Shown here in pieces: positions 28,595 to 36,537 of a stretch of 64,000 bases of DNA. The notes beneath the pieces were generated by a model. The model was not told where the DNA came from and ran no database searches. It saw nothing but the letters and a program-made list of their open reading frames with translations. This DNA is from Candidatus Saccharibacteria bacterium UBA5148 (GTDB taxonomy: Bacteria; Patescibacteriota; Saccharimonadia; Saccharimonadales; UBA4665). Both the position numbers and the translations under genes were made by a program. The number at the start of each line of letters is the position of its first letter. Positions within the stretch are counted from its first letter, which is position 1. Location of the stretch: the NCBI GenBank assembly GCA_002413835.1, contig DHXU01000009.1, forward strand, positions 14,626 to 78,625. Reading direction: 5' to 3'.

Positions 28595-28602
28595 CTTGGA
28601 AA

Positions 28603-29403
28603 ATGCATCGATTTCTAAGCCCAGATTTTTCCAGAGAAAGTGTCGCCGCGTTCGCTGCCGCAGTAGTCGGAGCGGCGGTTTTGACCGGCTGTGGGTCTGG
28701 CCGGCCTGACGAATCAAGCCCAAGCCCTACCAGCTCTGAGCAGGCCTCACCATCTACTACGCCTCCATCAGCAGAACAAATCCAGCTTGAAGCCAATGCC
28801 CACACCTCGCATATCGAAACCTCTATTCTCAGTAGGAACAAGGTCGACACTGATAGTATGAAAGCCCTGGCAGCCACTGTATACAGCCCTGTCAAGCGAG
28901 CCATCGACAAAAAAACACCGGCCGACAAGCTCCCGAAGCCAGCCAGCGCCGGAGCCAGTTTGAACGCCTTGTTTAAGACAGATTTCAATCTATCCGAAGT
29001 ACATACGGCCAAAGACGCCGCCCAACGGCTGGTCGACACCACGGCTTTCATTGATATCACGCCTGATATACAACCGGAGGACATGCCCTACTTGCCTGAA
29101 GGTACAATAGTCGTCGAGGCCGGAGCACCAGGATCCTATTTCCTGGCCGTGTCACTGCGCTCAGATAATCCAGCCGCGACCAAGGGCCGGTCTGTACTTG
29201 CCAACTCTTTTGGGATGGAAGATATCCAGAAGCAGATCGACAAGAAGACGCTGACGTACGTCTTGGTGCCAGTCAAGCCGAAGATACCGCTTCCGCCAGC
29301 AGTATCGCCAACCCCCACGGCATCACCGACTCCTACTGTATCACCAACTCCTACCGCGTCGCCCACTCCCAAAGCTTCAAAGCCTGGCAACCCTGCCGTA
29401 TAG
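28603..29403 (+). CDS. Lipoprotein with C-terminal Pro/Thr-rich repeat
   Basis: Lipobox AAVLTGC after a hydrophobic N-terminus. The C-terminal repeat is SPTPTASPTPTVSPTPTASPTPKAS. Confidence 0.65.
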   Translation: MHRFLSPDFSRESVAAFAAAVVGAAVLTGCGSGRPDESSPSPTSSEQASPSTTPPSAEQIQLEANAHTSHIETSILSRNKVDTDSMKALAATVYSPVKRAIDKKTPADKLPKPASAGASLNALFKTDFNLSEVHTAKDAAQRLVDTTAFIDITPDIQPEDMPYLPEGTIVVEAGAPGSYFLAVSLRSDNPAATKGRSVLANSFGMEDIQKQIDKKTLTYVLVPVKPKIPLPPAVSPTPTASPTPTVSPTPTASPTPKASKPGNPAV

Positions 29404-29470
29404 CCGATTGCCGACGCTCGATAAACTGACCTACACCCGGGAAAGGTCATCGTAAGCTATAATAGTCTCA

Positions 29471-30178
29471 ATGACCTCACCCATAACACCTCACCCCCAC
29501 GAAATACATAGATCCCACCGCTCAGGCTGGCTGCGGGCAGCAGTCCTGGGCGTAAATGACGGAATTGTTTCAACATCCAGCTTAATGCTCGGCGTGGCCA
29601 CTGCTTCATCAAGTACCTCAGCTGTGCTGACAGCCGGTATTGCAGGCCTGGCAGCCGGCGCATTTTCCATGGCTGTCGGCGAGTATGTATCTGTCAGCTC
29701 GCAGCGCGATTCTGAACGGGAAGACATAGCCATAGAAGAACGGTCGCTGGCTGCCAACCCGGATGCCGAGCTGGAAGAACTGGCCACTATCTATCAGAGC
29801 CGTGGTCTGGATGTCGAGCTCTCCATGCAGGTTGCCCGGCAGTTACACGACCACGATGCCGTAGCAGCCCACGCCCGGGATGAACTCGGTATTGACCATG
29901 AAGCATTGGCAAATCCCGGCCAGGCAGCACTGGCTTCGGCCTTAGCGTTTTCAGTCGGCGCCTTCGTCCCGATACTGGCTACGCTGATAACGACCGGTCG
30001 TGCCGGGTCATATCTGATAGTTATATTCTCGCTGGTTGCGCTCGGCGTCTCCGGTGCCATCGGGGCATATGTCGGCGGTGGCCACAAGCTGAAGGCTGCA
30101 GCCCGGGTCCTGCTCGGAGGTAGTGTAGCCATGGCCGCGACGGCATTTATCGGACATCTTATAGGCTCGACTATCTAA
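29471..30178 (+). CDS. VIT1/CCC1 family iron/manganese transporter
   Basis: GVNDGIVSTSSLMLGVA near the N-terminus, an acidic central loop (ERSLAANPDAELEEL), and C-terminal TM helices. Confidence 0.8.
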   Translation: MTSPITPHPHEIHRSHRSGWLRAAVLGVNDGIVSTSSLMLGVATASSSTSAVLTAGIAGLAAGAFSMAVGEYVSVSSQRDSEREDIAIEERSLAANPDAELEELATIYQSRGLDVELSMQVARQLHDHDAVAAHARDELGIDHEALANPGQAALASALAFSVGAFVPILATLITTGRAGSYLIVIFSLVALGVSGAIGAYVGGGHKLKAAARVLLGGSVAMAATAFIGHLIGSTI

Positions 30179-30321
30179 GGTGGCCGGCTACCAGCCAGAT
30201 TCCGAACCGCTCCCATTTGTGGGACGCATTGTTTCCAGCCTGTGATCATAGCCGGCCATACCTGCTGATCATTTTCAATGATACTTGACAGCTCATAGTA
30301 CCTTGTATAACATAGTACTAT

Positions 30322-30681
30322 ATGAATAATTCTACTAATAATGACAACTTGATAGCCCAGTCCGAAACCCAGATGCGTAAAGGCATGCTGACCTACTGTG
30401 TCCTGCTGCTGCTCAAAGACGGCAAGGTCTATACATCCGAGATCATCCGTGCCCTGCACGAGGCCGAACTGATTGTCGTCGAAGGCACACTCTACCCTCT
30501 CCTGAACCGCTTGGCCCGGGACAATCTGCTGGCCTACGAGTGGCAGGAAAGCGAACAAGGACCGCCGCGTAAGTACTATTGGTTGACAGACGAAGGTCAT
30601 GAACTTCAGAAAGAGCTCAAAGCCAACTATCACAAGTTACACAGCTCGATTAAGGCACTGGAAAAAGGAGCCAACACATGA
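30322..30681 (+). CDS. PadR family transcriptional regulator
   Basis: The motif GTLYPLLNRLARDNLLAYEWQESEQGPPRKYYWLTDEG is characteristic of PadR. Confidence 0.85.
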   Translation: MNNSTNNDNLIAQSETQMRKGMLTYCVLLLLKDGKVYTSEIIRALHEAELIVVEGTLYPLLNRLARDNLLAYEWQESEQGPPRKYYWLTDEGHELQKELKANYHKLHSSIKALEKGANT

Positions 30682-32000
30682 ACGAAGTAACAAACATCCA
30701 CCTTGGTCGGCAGGCCTTTACGATATCGGCCAGCGCCCACCATGCGCTCAAGGCCTATCTGGATGACATCCAGAAGCAGGTCGGTGACAAAGAAGTCGTC
30801 AACGAAGTCGAGCTGCGGATGGCCGAGATATTGAACGAACGCGGTATCGTCGGCGAGAAAGTGGTTCTGCCGGAGGACATAGAGTATCTGAAGCAGCAGC
30901 TTGGCAATCCCGCTGATTTCTCAGAAGATGGTGATACTTCTGCCGCAGCGCAGCCCACCGAACCGGCCGCTACCAAAAGATTGTTCCGCGATACCGAGAA
31001 TGCCATGTTGGCTGGCGTATCGGCTGGCCTGGCCAATTATTTTGGCCTGGACGTTGTACTGATGCGAATCATCTTCGTGGCGCTAGCTATATTCGGTGGT
31101 GGCGTTGGTATATTGCTATATGTCGTACTCTGGCTGGTCGTACCACCGGCCACGACCTCGAGCGAGAAACTGCAGATGAAAGGCAGATCCGTCACTATTG
31201 ATGCCCTCAAAGAATCAGTCAACAGAGCCGACCTGCCAGGTGCTGCCCGCCAGATGAACCAGACAGTTTTGCCCGTCATTAATCTGGTGCTCCGGATAGT
31301 CCTCAAAATACTCGGTGTCGGATTTATCGTGGCAGGACTGGCAGTCATCTTTGGACTGGCTGCAGTCAAAGGCTACATGCTGTTGCACCACGGCCAACTA
31401 TTTCAGGAAAACTTCTTCCCTGTCGGTACACGCGAGCAGCTGCTAGCCGGCCTGGCCATGGTTTTGGCAGCTATCATCGCAGTCTGCTCGATACTGGTAG
31501 GCGTCGGCGTTTTCAAACATAAATGGCCGATACGCGGCTGGGTGACCGCAGTACTGATCAGCATTTTTCTACTTGGCTCAGCCGCCGGCATCGCATTGTC
31601 TGCCGATATCGCACCCCGAGTGCGAGCCCGTTACGAATCCTCCATGTACACGACAGGGGTCAAAAACATCCAAAGCTTCAACAATGTCACGACTGATGGC
31701 GGCGTAGACGTGGAATACATAGCGTCACCTGACTATGCGGTCAATATGCGCTACTACGGCCACCCTGATATTTCCAAGATAAAATTTACTGTCGTCAATA
31801 AAACCCTGCACATAGATTCGTCAGCCTTCAATGGCAGTCGGCATTGCACCATGCTTTGCCTGTTTCCGGAATACAACATGGTAGTCCAGGTTGCGGCACC
31901 TAATGTCCAGAACTTCCGGATGCCTCCGGGGTCTGAGTTATTCTTCCCTGATCGGCCTCCCAGCCCGGTTATGCCATACTACCGGCCGGAAAAGCCATAG
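30678..32000 (+). CDS. PspC domain-containing membrane protein
   Basis: PspC motif LFRDTENAMLAGVSAGLANYFGLDVVLMRIIFV. A 4-nt ATGA overlap with padR indicates an operon. Confidence 0.8.
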   Translation: MNEVTNIHLGRQAFTISASAHHALKAYLDDIQKQVGDKEVVNEVELRMAEILNERGIVGEKVVLPEDIEYLKQQLGNPADFSEDGDTSAAAQPTEPAATKRLFRDTENAMLAGVSAGLANYFGLDVVLMRIIFVALAIFGGGVGILLYVVLWLVVPPATTSSEKLQMKGRSVTIDALKESVNRADLPGAARQMNQTVLPVINLVLRIVLKILGVGFIVAGLAVIFGLAAVKGYMLLHHGQLFQENFFPVGTREQLLAGLAMVLAAIIAVCSILVGVGVFKHKWPIRGWVTAVLISIFLLGSAAGIALSADIAPRVRARYESSMYTTGVKNIQSFNNVTTDGGVDVEYIASPDYAVNMRYYGHPDISKIKFTVVNKTLHIDSSAFNGSRHCTMLCLFPEYNMVVQVAAPNVQNFRMPPGSELFFPDRPPSPVMPYYRPEKP

Positions 32001-32037
32001 TTTATCGGTCATCCGTTACCAACTCGAGACTACGACC

Positions 32038-32907
32038 TTAGGGATACCGCTGGAATAATCGGTCCATCGCAACAATCCGGCTATCAATGTTTAGGTCGAC
32101 GCATAATTTCGCAAACCTTCGATGCGGACCAATATCCTCAGTACCTTCAAATGGTTTGTCGAAAATTCTCCTGTAGGCTTCCAGGATTTTCCGGTTATTA
32201 TTGACGAGCTTTAAGCCGCGTATAACCTGCAATTCATTCCCTGCATGCAAGGCTTCTGCTGTAATAGTCTCGGCATGCTTTATCTCATCCCCCCTGCGGT
32301 TCAGATACTTCTCATACGGAAGTTGCCAGAACTGATAGGTGTGTGGATTTGGAGGAGTATTCCGTTTCGACCATGCAATGAACCGTTCGCGTACCTGATT
32401 GCGGACGCAGCCACGGAAAAACAATGCGGCCGGCGTCTCAGCACCGCTGCCCGGCTTGCGGGGCGACCAAACCCGTTCGTTCACGCCATCACCAACCTTG
32501 TACGCTTTTCCGCGCTGCTCAAGCTCACGCATACCTCTATACCGGACGAGCTGATCATCGGGGACTATCCTGACAAATTCGACTGCGCTCGTTATATTCG
32601 GGATAGGGGCATCCAGTTCAGTAAATCTTTCTAATCTGGGAGTAGTGCTCGTCTTCGGCGGAGAGTCGGGAGGAGTCCATAGTGGCGGTCTGGACACAGG
32701 TGTGGCCTGAACTCCAGGACGTCTGCCTCGTCCTTCGTCTATCAATCTGTTCCGGGCCTGCAACTCCTCCTCGTATTCCTGCCGGGTTCGGAAATCTTGC
32801 GGGTGGGTTCCACCGACCGACTGTTCTCTCGAACCCTGATAATCTGCTGGATAGGTATCCGGGTTAAACCATGGATCGGTGTAGCCGTTATAAAAGTCTC
32901 CTGACAT
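32038..32907 (-). CDS. Hypothetical protein
   Basis: 289-aa ORF with a P-rich N-terminal third. No recognisable domain. Confidence 0.5.
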   Translation of the reverse strand: MSGDFYNGYTDPWFNPDTYPADYQGSREQSVGGTHPQDFRTRQEYEEELQARNRLIDEGRGRRPGVQATPVSRPPLWTPPDSPPKTSTTPRLERFTELDAPIPNITSAVEFVRIVPDDQLVRYRGMRELEQRGKAYKVGDGVNERVWSPRKPGSGAETPAALFFRGCVRNQVRERFIAWSKRNTPPNPHTYQFWQLPYEKYLNRRGDEIKHAETITAEALHAGNELQVIRGLKLVNNNRKILEAYRRIFDKPFEGTEDIGPHRRFAKLCVDLNIDSRIVAMDRLFQRYP

Positions 32908-33019
32908 CTAGCCGCTCCTCGCCTATGTAATTGGAGCTATACTACCATGTTGTTAGTCAAATGTCGTATATAGGTTCGAAAGCAGTGCCAATTTTGTATT
33001 TAATCAGGGACCTCGATGC

Positions 33020-33436
33020 TCAACCGATAATCTTTTCGATGTATTCAGCGTGTGTATCAGTTTTGAGATGCTTATAATCGGCGTACTGCAAGCTAGTTGG
33101 CGTTAATTGCAGCGGCATATAGCTGCCGGCTTTCAGTTTCTCGACTGGTGGCACCCAGGCATAGTCGCCTTTTGAGCGAAGGTCAGCGAACTTAGTGAAG
33201 AATATATCCATATACTGCTGCACAGGCACGGCAGATATCTTACCCGTTAGCTGAACTGTAGTTTGGCTGTCGCTGTCCGCAATAGTCAGTGCAGCCAGCG
33301 CCGTATTATCGATATTCTGGTACTTCAGCGTCTCAGCCCGTGTCACGAAATAGAAGTTAAAGTCCTCATCGGCAATATAGTATACAGCCGAACCCCACGG
33401 TGTGCCGTTATCTGATACGGTGGATAAGATTCCCAT
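33020..33436 (-). CDS. Pyridoxamine 5'-phosphate oxidase-like (general stress protein 26-type) FMN-binding protein
   Basis: The split-barrel-like N-terminus GILSTVSDNGTPWGSAVYYIADEDFNFYFVTRAETLKYQNI matches this family. The true start probably lies upstream (see findings). Confidence 0.6.
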   Translation of the reverse strand: MGILSTVSDNGTPWGSAVYYIADEDFNFYFVTRAETLKYQNIDNTALAALTIADSDSQTTVQLTGKISAVPVQQYMDIFFTKFADLRSKGDYAWVPPVEKLKAGSYMPLQLTPTSLQYADYKHLKTDTHAEYIEKIIG

Positions 33437-33801
33437 CGGATGATGCCGTAAAAAGGCATGGACTTTTTGATGATCGTGAACTTGATGTGATTCTTTAATA
33501 GTAACTCCTTGATGGGTTAGCGATTTTCAGCAAGCGACGCCTAGTGTATTCTCTGTCGTCAAACACTATGTCATCGATATCCAAACGAGAGATGGATGGT
33601 ACTTTCCCGGACGATTTACTGGTTACCACGTTCACTCCCCCTTGTTATACCATAGCTCATTCACTTACTAGAATAACTGGTTTAATTGTCCAAGTATGTG
33701 CACAGACGCACGCAACTTACAATTTCGTAACAAGACTCTATCATGCGCATAGTTTATGCTTACAGGGGGTACATAGACCAAGCACACTAGCGGCCGCTCT
33801 G

Positions 33802-34494
33802 TTACGCCGGCAGCATGCCTCTGACTCTTGCCAGGAAGTCAGCTCCGCTATCCAAATCAAGTGACATCTGTCTAGGAATTATTACGTGAGCCATCTGTCT
33901 ATACAGGCCACTTCTGCGGCTTAGAAGCTCTGGGTAGCAACGAGCCAATGCGTCTTGTGGAGACTTGTCAGTTTGCCCACAGTAAACATCGCCCCACACT
34001 ACCGGTTTTGGCTCTGCAATATACAACTCAAACATCGCCTGTTGCATTTCTGCAGTAGCTTCCAAATAGACAACCGTACTATGACTTGCTAAGTCTTCGC
34101 AGAGTTCACCGCTTGTATGGACAACACTACCGGTTGTGTCCACGACTATGTTCCCGCCTAAGGGTGGCTGTTTAAGCCGGTCAATCGTGCGGCGGATGGT
34201 CATAGTTTCAAGGTCGAGATATGTTTGCTGGTTTGCCGCAAAGCGTAAATCGTGCGGCTGCCCCATCCATTTTGCCACGTCCGTGATACCGCCATTAAGC
34301 CCTGCTTCTTGCAGTACAGTTCCGAGCTCGGCCTCTATTAGATCATCACAACCTATAACGCTAAAACCCTCGGTATGTGTTAGGCTTGTTGACCAAAATG
34401 ACTTACCGACATTAGACATGCCGACCAGCGTCAAAGCTAGCTCTCCGGCTTCTCGTCGTTCATCAAATTCGCGTTGTGTTATGGTTTCAGCCAT
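33802..34494 (-). CDS. Shikimate-kinase-like P-loop kinase
   Basis: Walker A LVGMSNVGKS, then VIGCDDLIE and VVDTTGSVV...VVYL. The layout resembles the AroK/gluconate kinase family. Confidence 0.5.
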   Translation of the reverse strand: MAETITQREFDERREAGELALTLVGMSNVGKSFWSTSLTHTEGFSVIGCDDLIEAELGTVLQEAGLNGGITDVAKWMGQPHDLRFAANQQTYLDLETMTIRRTIDRLKQPPLGGNIVVDTTGSVVHTSGELCEDLASHSTVVYLEATAEMQQAMFELYIAEPKPVVWGDVYCGQTDKSPQDALARCYPELLSRRSGLYRQMAHVIIPRQMSLDLDSGADFLARVRGMLPA

Positions 34495-34530
34495 ATGTAA
34501 ACTCTATAGACAACTAGTTAGGACTCGAAC

Positions 34531-34788
34531 CTAGCCATACAGTTGGGAATGAGTGCCAATTTTGTCAAAAATTGCTTCGTTTTCCCTCTGCAGATACAGT
34601 GCTCGATAATCGCGGGTTATATTGATGCTCCTGTATAACGAATATCTCCCTCTGAGCGCATGATTGCGAAGCCTAGGATGAAGCGGATTGTCCCTAAACA
34701 GCGTGATATGTTCATATAGCTGCAGCTGTAATTTCGTAGACAATTTCTCTGCTTGTTTTACAAACTCTTTCGAGTAGGTGATTTTCAT
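34531..34788 (-). CDS. Type II toxin, RelE/YafQ/ParE superfamily
   Basis: 85 aa: ...LFRDNPLHPRLRNHALRGRYSLYRSINITRDYRALY..., the typical RelE-fold C-terminal pattern. It overlaps the antitoxin stop by 4 nt. Confidence 0.8.
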   Translation of the reverse strand: MKITYSKEFVKQAEKLSTKLQLQLYEHITLFRDNPLHPRLRNHALRGRYSLYRSINITRDYRALYLQRENEAIFDKIGTHSQLYG

Positions 34789-35072
34789 TTTAGTTTAAGC
34801 TTGTTGGCCAAAAAATTGAGTGCTTCGTCGTTATTCTCAAACTTATAGTAGTCTCCAGCCTCAATCTGCTTGCGAGAAGCCGCCAACTCTTTCGCTGTCT
34901 TGGCGTTCGGGACTTCAGGCACATCGAAGGTAACGCTTTGCTCAGCCGCAAAACGTCGGAGCTCATTATTTAAAACAGCACTCACACTAATCCCAAGCTT
35001 ATCTGCAGCTTTTGCGGCAAGTATCTTTAGCTCAGGATCAGTCTTTAAATTAATGACCGCATATTTACTCAT
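34785..35072 (-). CDS. Type II antitoxin, RelB/DinJ family
   Basis: 95 aa with a ribbon-helix-helix-like N-terminus INLKTDPELKILAAKAADKLGISVSAVLNNELRRF. It lies directly upstream of and overlaps the toxin gene. Confidence 0.75.
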   Translation of the reverse strand: MSKYAVINLKTDPELKILAAKAADKLGISVSAVLNNELRRFAAEQSVTFDVPEVPNAKTAKELAASRKQIEAGDYYKFENNDEALNFLANKLKLK

Positions 35073-35078
35073 ACCATA

Positions 35079-35107
35079 AGTATATACCTTTGGACAAAGT
35101 TTGTAAA
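35079..35107 (-). promoter_or_regulatory. Promoter TTTACA-17-TATACT, 6 nt before the antitoxin ATG (leaderless geometry)
   Basis: On the minus strand, -35 is at 35107-35102 and -10 at 35084-35079, with the ATG at 35072. Confidence 0.55.
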
Positions 35108-35108
35108 C

Positions 35109-35137
35109 AGAAAAATAGCCGGCTGGTACCGGCTATT
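35109..35137 (-). terminator. Rho-independent terminator
   Basis: The minus-strand hairpin AATAGCCGG-TACCAG-CCGGCTATT is followed by TTTTT. It separates the exonuclease/tRNA unit from the TA promoter. Confidence 0.65.
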
Positions 35138-35169
35138 AACTTCTTACAAATAATTTCCGTGTTACATAG

Positions 35170-35190
35170 AAATGGTTGCGGGACCAGGAC
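35170..35190 (-). repeat. Duplicated 3' end of tRNA-fMet (att-like direct repeat)
   Basis: AAATGGTTGCGGGACCAGGAC is identical to 35902-35922, which is the tRNA acceptor/T-stem 3' part plus 3 nt of flank. ACATA just outside is also shared. Confidence 0.8.
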
Positions 35191-35284
35191 AGCGCACGTT
35201 AATCCAGCCGCCCGCTACGCTGTGGGCTGTGACTAACGACCGAACCTTTCGCTCCTGGCCGATATGATCACAGAGCTAACATGG

Positions 35285-35839
35285 TTACATCTGAGCCTGC
35301 TCAAAGTGATACGTAGCCGCAGCCATACTCCTCACATCATGAAGAGCATTATGAACATGTCCGTCCATTTTAAGCCCCGCCGCTTTGTATAAGGTGCCAC
35401 TTGAATACTCACTTTGAGTCAGGCCCCATTTTTTTAAACTCTTTTGGATACGAATAAATGGCGCCTTCTCAAAGGGAAAATCGATATCGTAGTAACCGCA
35501 GTTTTGCCTTAAAACATACCAGTCCTTATCAAACGTATATATACTTACGTCGGCGCAAAACTTTACAAATTTTTCAAGGGCAACAGGAAAGATAATCGCT
35601 TTTTCATCCACCTGCTCCTGGGTGATACCTGTCAGCTCAATAAAAAAATTTGGTAGTTCTTTTGTATAAGGTGGAGATGTGAACACATTAAACGAGCTCA
35701 GCTCTTTGCCGGCACTATGGTCATAGCAAATTGCCGCTATTTGTACCACCTGCCGCAAGTCATTTTCACCCGGCCTTCCAGTTTGCCGAGTCATACCCGG
35801 ATAGCAATACTCCAAATCAAGATATACTCTCTTATTCAT
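35285..35839 (-). CDS. DEDDh 3'-5' exonuclease (KapD/ERI-like)
   Basis: YLDLEY (Exo I), TFDKDWY (Exo II-like) and HNALHDVRSMA (Exo III H-x4-D). Confidence 0.7.
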   Translation of the reverse strand: MNKRVYLDLEYCYPGMTRQTGRPGENDLRQVVQIAAICYDHSAGKELSSFNVFTSPPYTKELPNFFIELTGITQEQVDEKAIIFPVALEKFVKFCADVSIYTFDKDWYVLRQNCGYYDIDFPFEKAPFIRIQKSLKKWGLTQSEYSSGTLYKAAGLKMDGHVHNALHDVRSMAAATYHFEQAQM

Positions 35840-35904
35840 AATCTACTCTTAGGATAACAAAAGAACCGCTAATGCGGTTCTAATTACTTCCATTCTACAT
35901 AAAA

Positions 35905-35979
35905 TGGTTGCGGGACCAGGACTCGAACCTGGGACCTCGTGGTTATGAGCCACGCGAGCTGCCGCTGCTCCATCCCGCG
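35905..35979 (-). tRNA. Initiator-type tRNA-Met (CAT)
   Basis: CGCGGGATGGAGCAGCGGCAGCTCGCGTGGCTCATAACCACGAGGTCCCAGGTTCGAGTCCTGGTCCCGCAACCA has the C1-A72 mismatch and close overall similarity to bacterial tRNA-fMet. Its anticodon stem has only two of the usual three consecutive G-C pairs next to the loop. Confidence 0.9.
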
Positions 35980-36039
35980 TTATCGGCTGTTGACAAGCTT
36001 TCGTAACTATACCAAACAGAGGTATATCTGTCAATGTGC

Positions 36040-36501
36040 CTAGACGCTGGCAGTGTCACGGTGCAAGAAGAAATTGAGCCAGGTCTGGACATTGCGCTGG
36101 TAGAATGGCTGCTTCTTCGGAGCTTCGCTGGTCTGGGTTACAGCCGTGACGGCGATACCTTGAACATGGGCCATGGCGACACTCTTAGGGACGATGAGCT
36201 CTTTCTCGCCCGGCGCAGCCAGACCGAAATTCTGGCGCGCAGCTAGCTCGAGGTACTGCGACGTACCGTAATACTGATTCTTCAGTTTCTGGTTGTTATT
36301 CTGCAGCTGTTGCACGTCATTTTCCTGGCGCAATCGCGATATCTGCTGCTCCAGCTTGTAATTGGACTGAATCGCTTTGACACCGCTCCAGCTGACCAGC
36401 AGCACGATGACGGCAAACACTATCAGGCCCAGCGACCGGACATCGCGGAAGTTCCGTAGGAAAGGATAGGTAGTATTTTTGATCGTATCTAGCATAGCCA
36501 T
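36040..36501 (-). CDS. Septum formation initiator (FtsB/DivIC family)
   Basis: A single TM segment is followed by the coiled coil KLEQQISRLRQENDVQQLQNNNQKLKNQ and the conserved YLELAARQNFGLAAPGE. Confidence 0.75.
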   Translation of the reverse strand: MAMLDTIKNTTYPFLRNFRDVRSLGLIVFAVIVLLVSWSGVKAIQSNYKLEQQISRLRQENDVQQLQNNNQKLKNQYYGTSQYLELAARQNFGLAAPGEKELIVPKSVAMAHVQGIAVTAVTQTSEAPKKQPFYQRNVQTWLNFFLHRDTASV

Positions 36502-36537
36502 ACCGCTCTTAGTATAACCGCTTTCAGCTATCCCCCG

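Noticed and set aside
28554-29084. 176-aa minus-strand ORF opposite the lipoprotein gene
   Set aside because: The + strand product has a lipobox signal peptide and a promoter, so the minus ORF is an antisense artefact.
33544-33864. 106-aa + ORF in the spacer between the PNPOx-like and kinase-like genes
   Set aside because: It overlaps the 3' end of the kinase-like gene in antisense, and has no RBS or domain features. I also looked there for a structured RNA and found no convincing helices.
35191-35284. Possible structured RNA or second tRNA between the tRNA 3' fragment and the exonuclease gene
   Set aside because: Only the last ~18 nt of a tRNA are present. I could not fold the remainder into a cloverleaf or match it to tmRNA, SRP or RNase P motifs. 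It is treated as part of the att-like scar.
35849-36034. 61-aa minus-strand ORF
   Set aside because: It overlaps the initiator tRNA gene almost completely.
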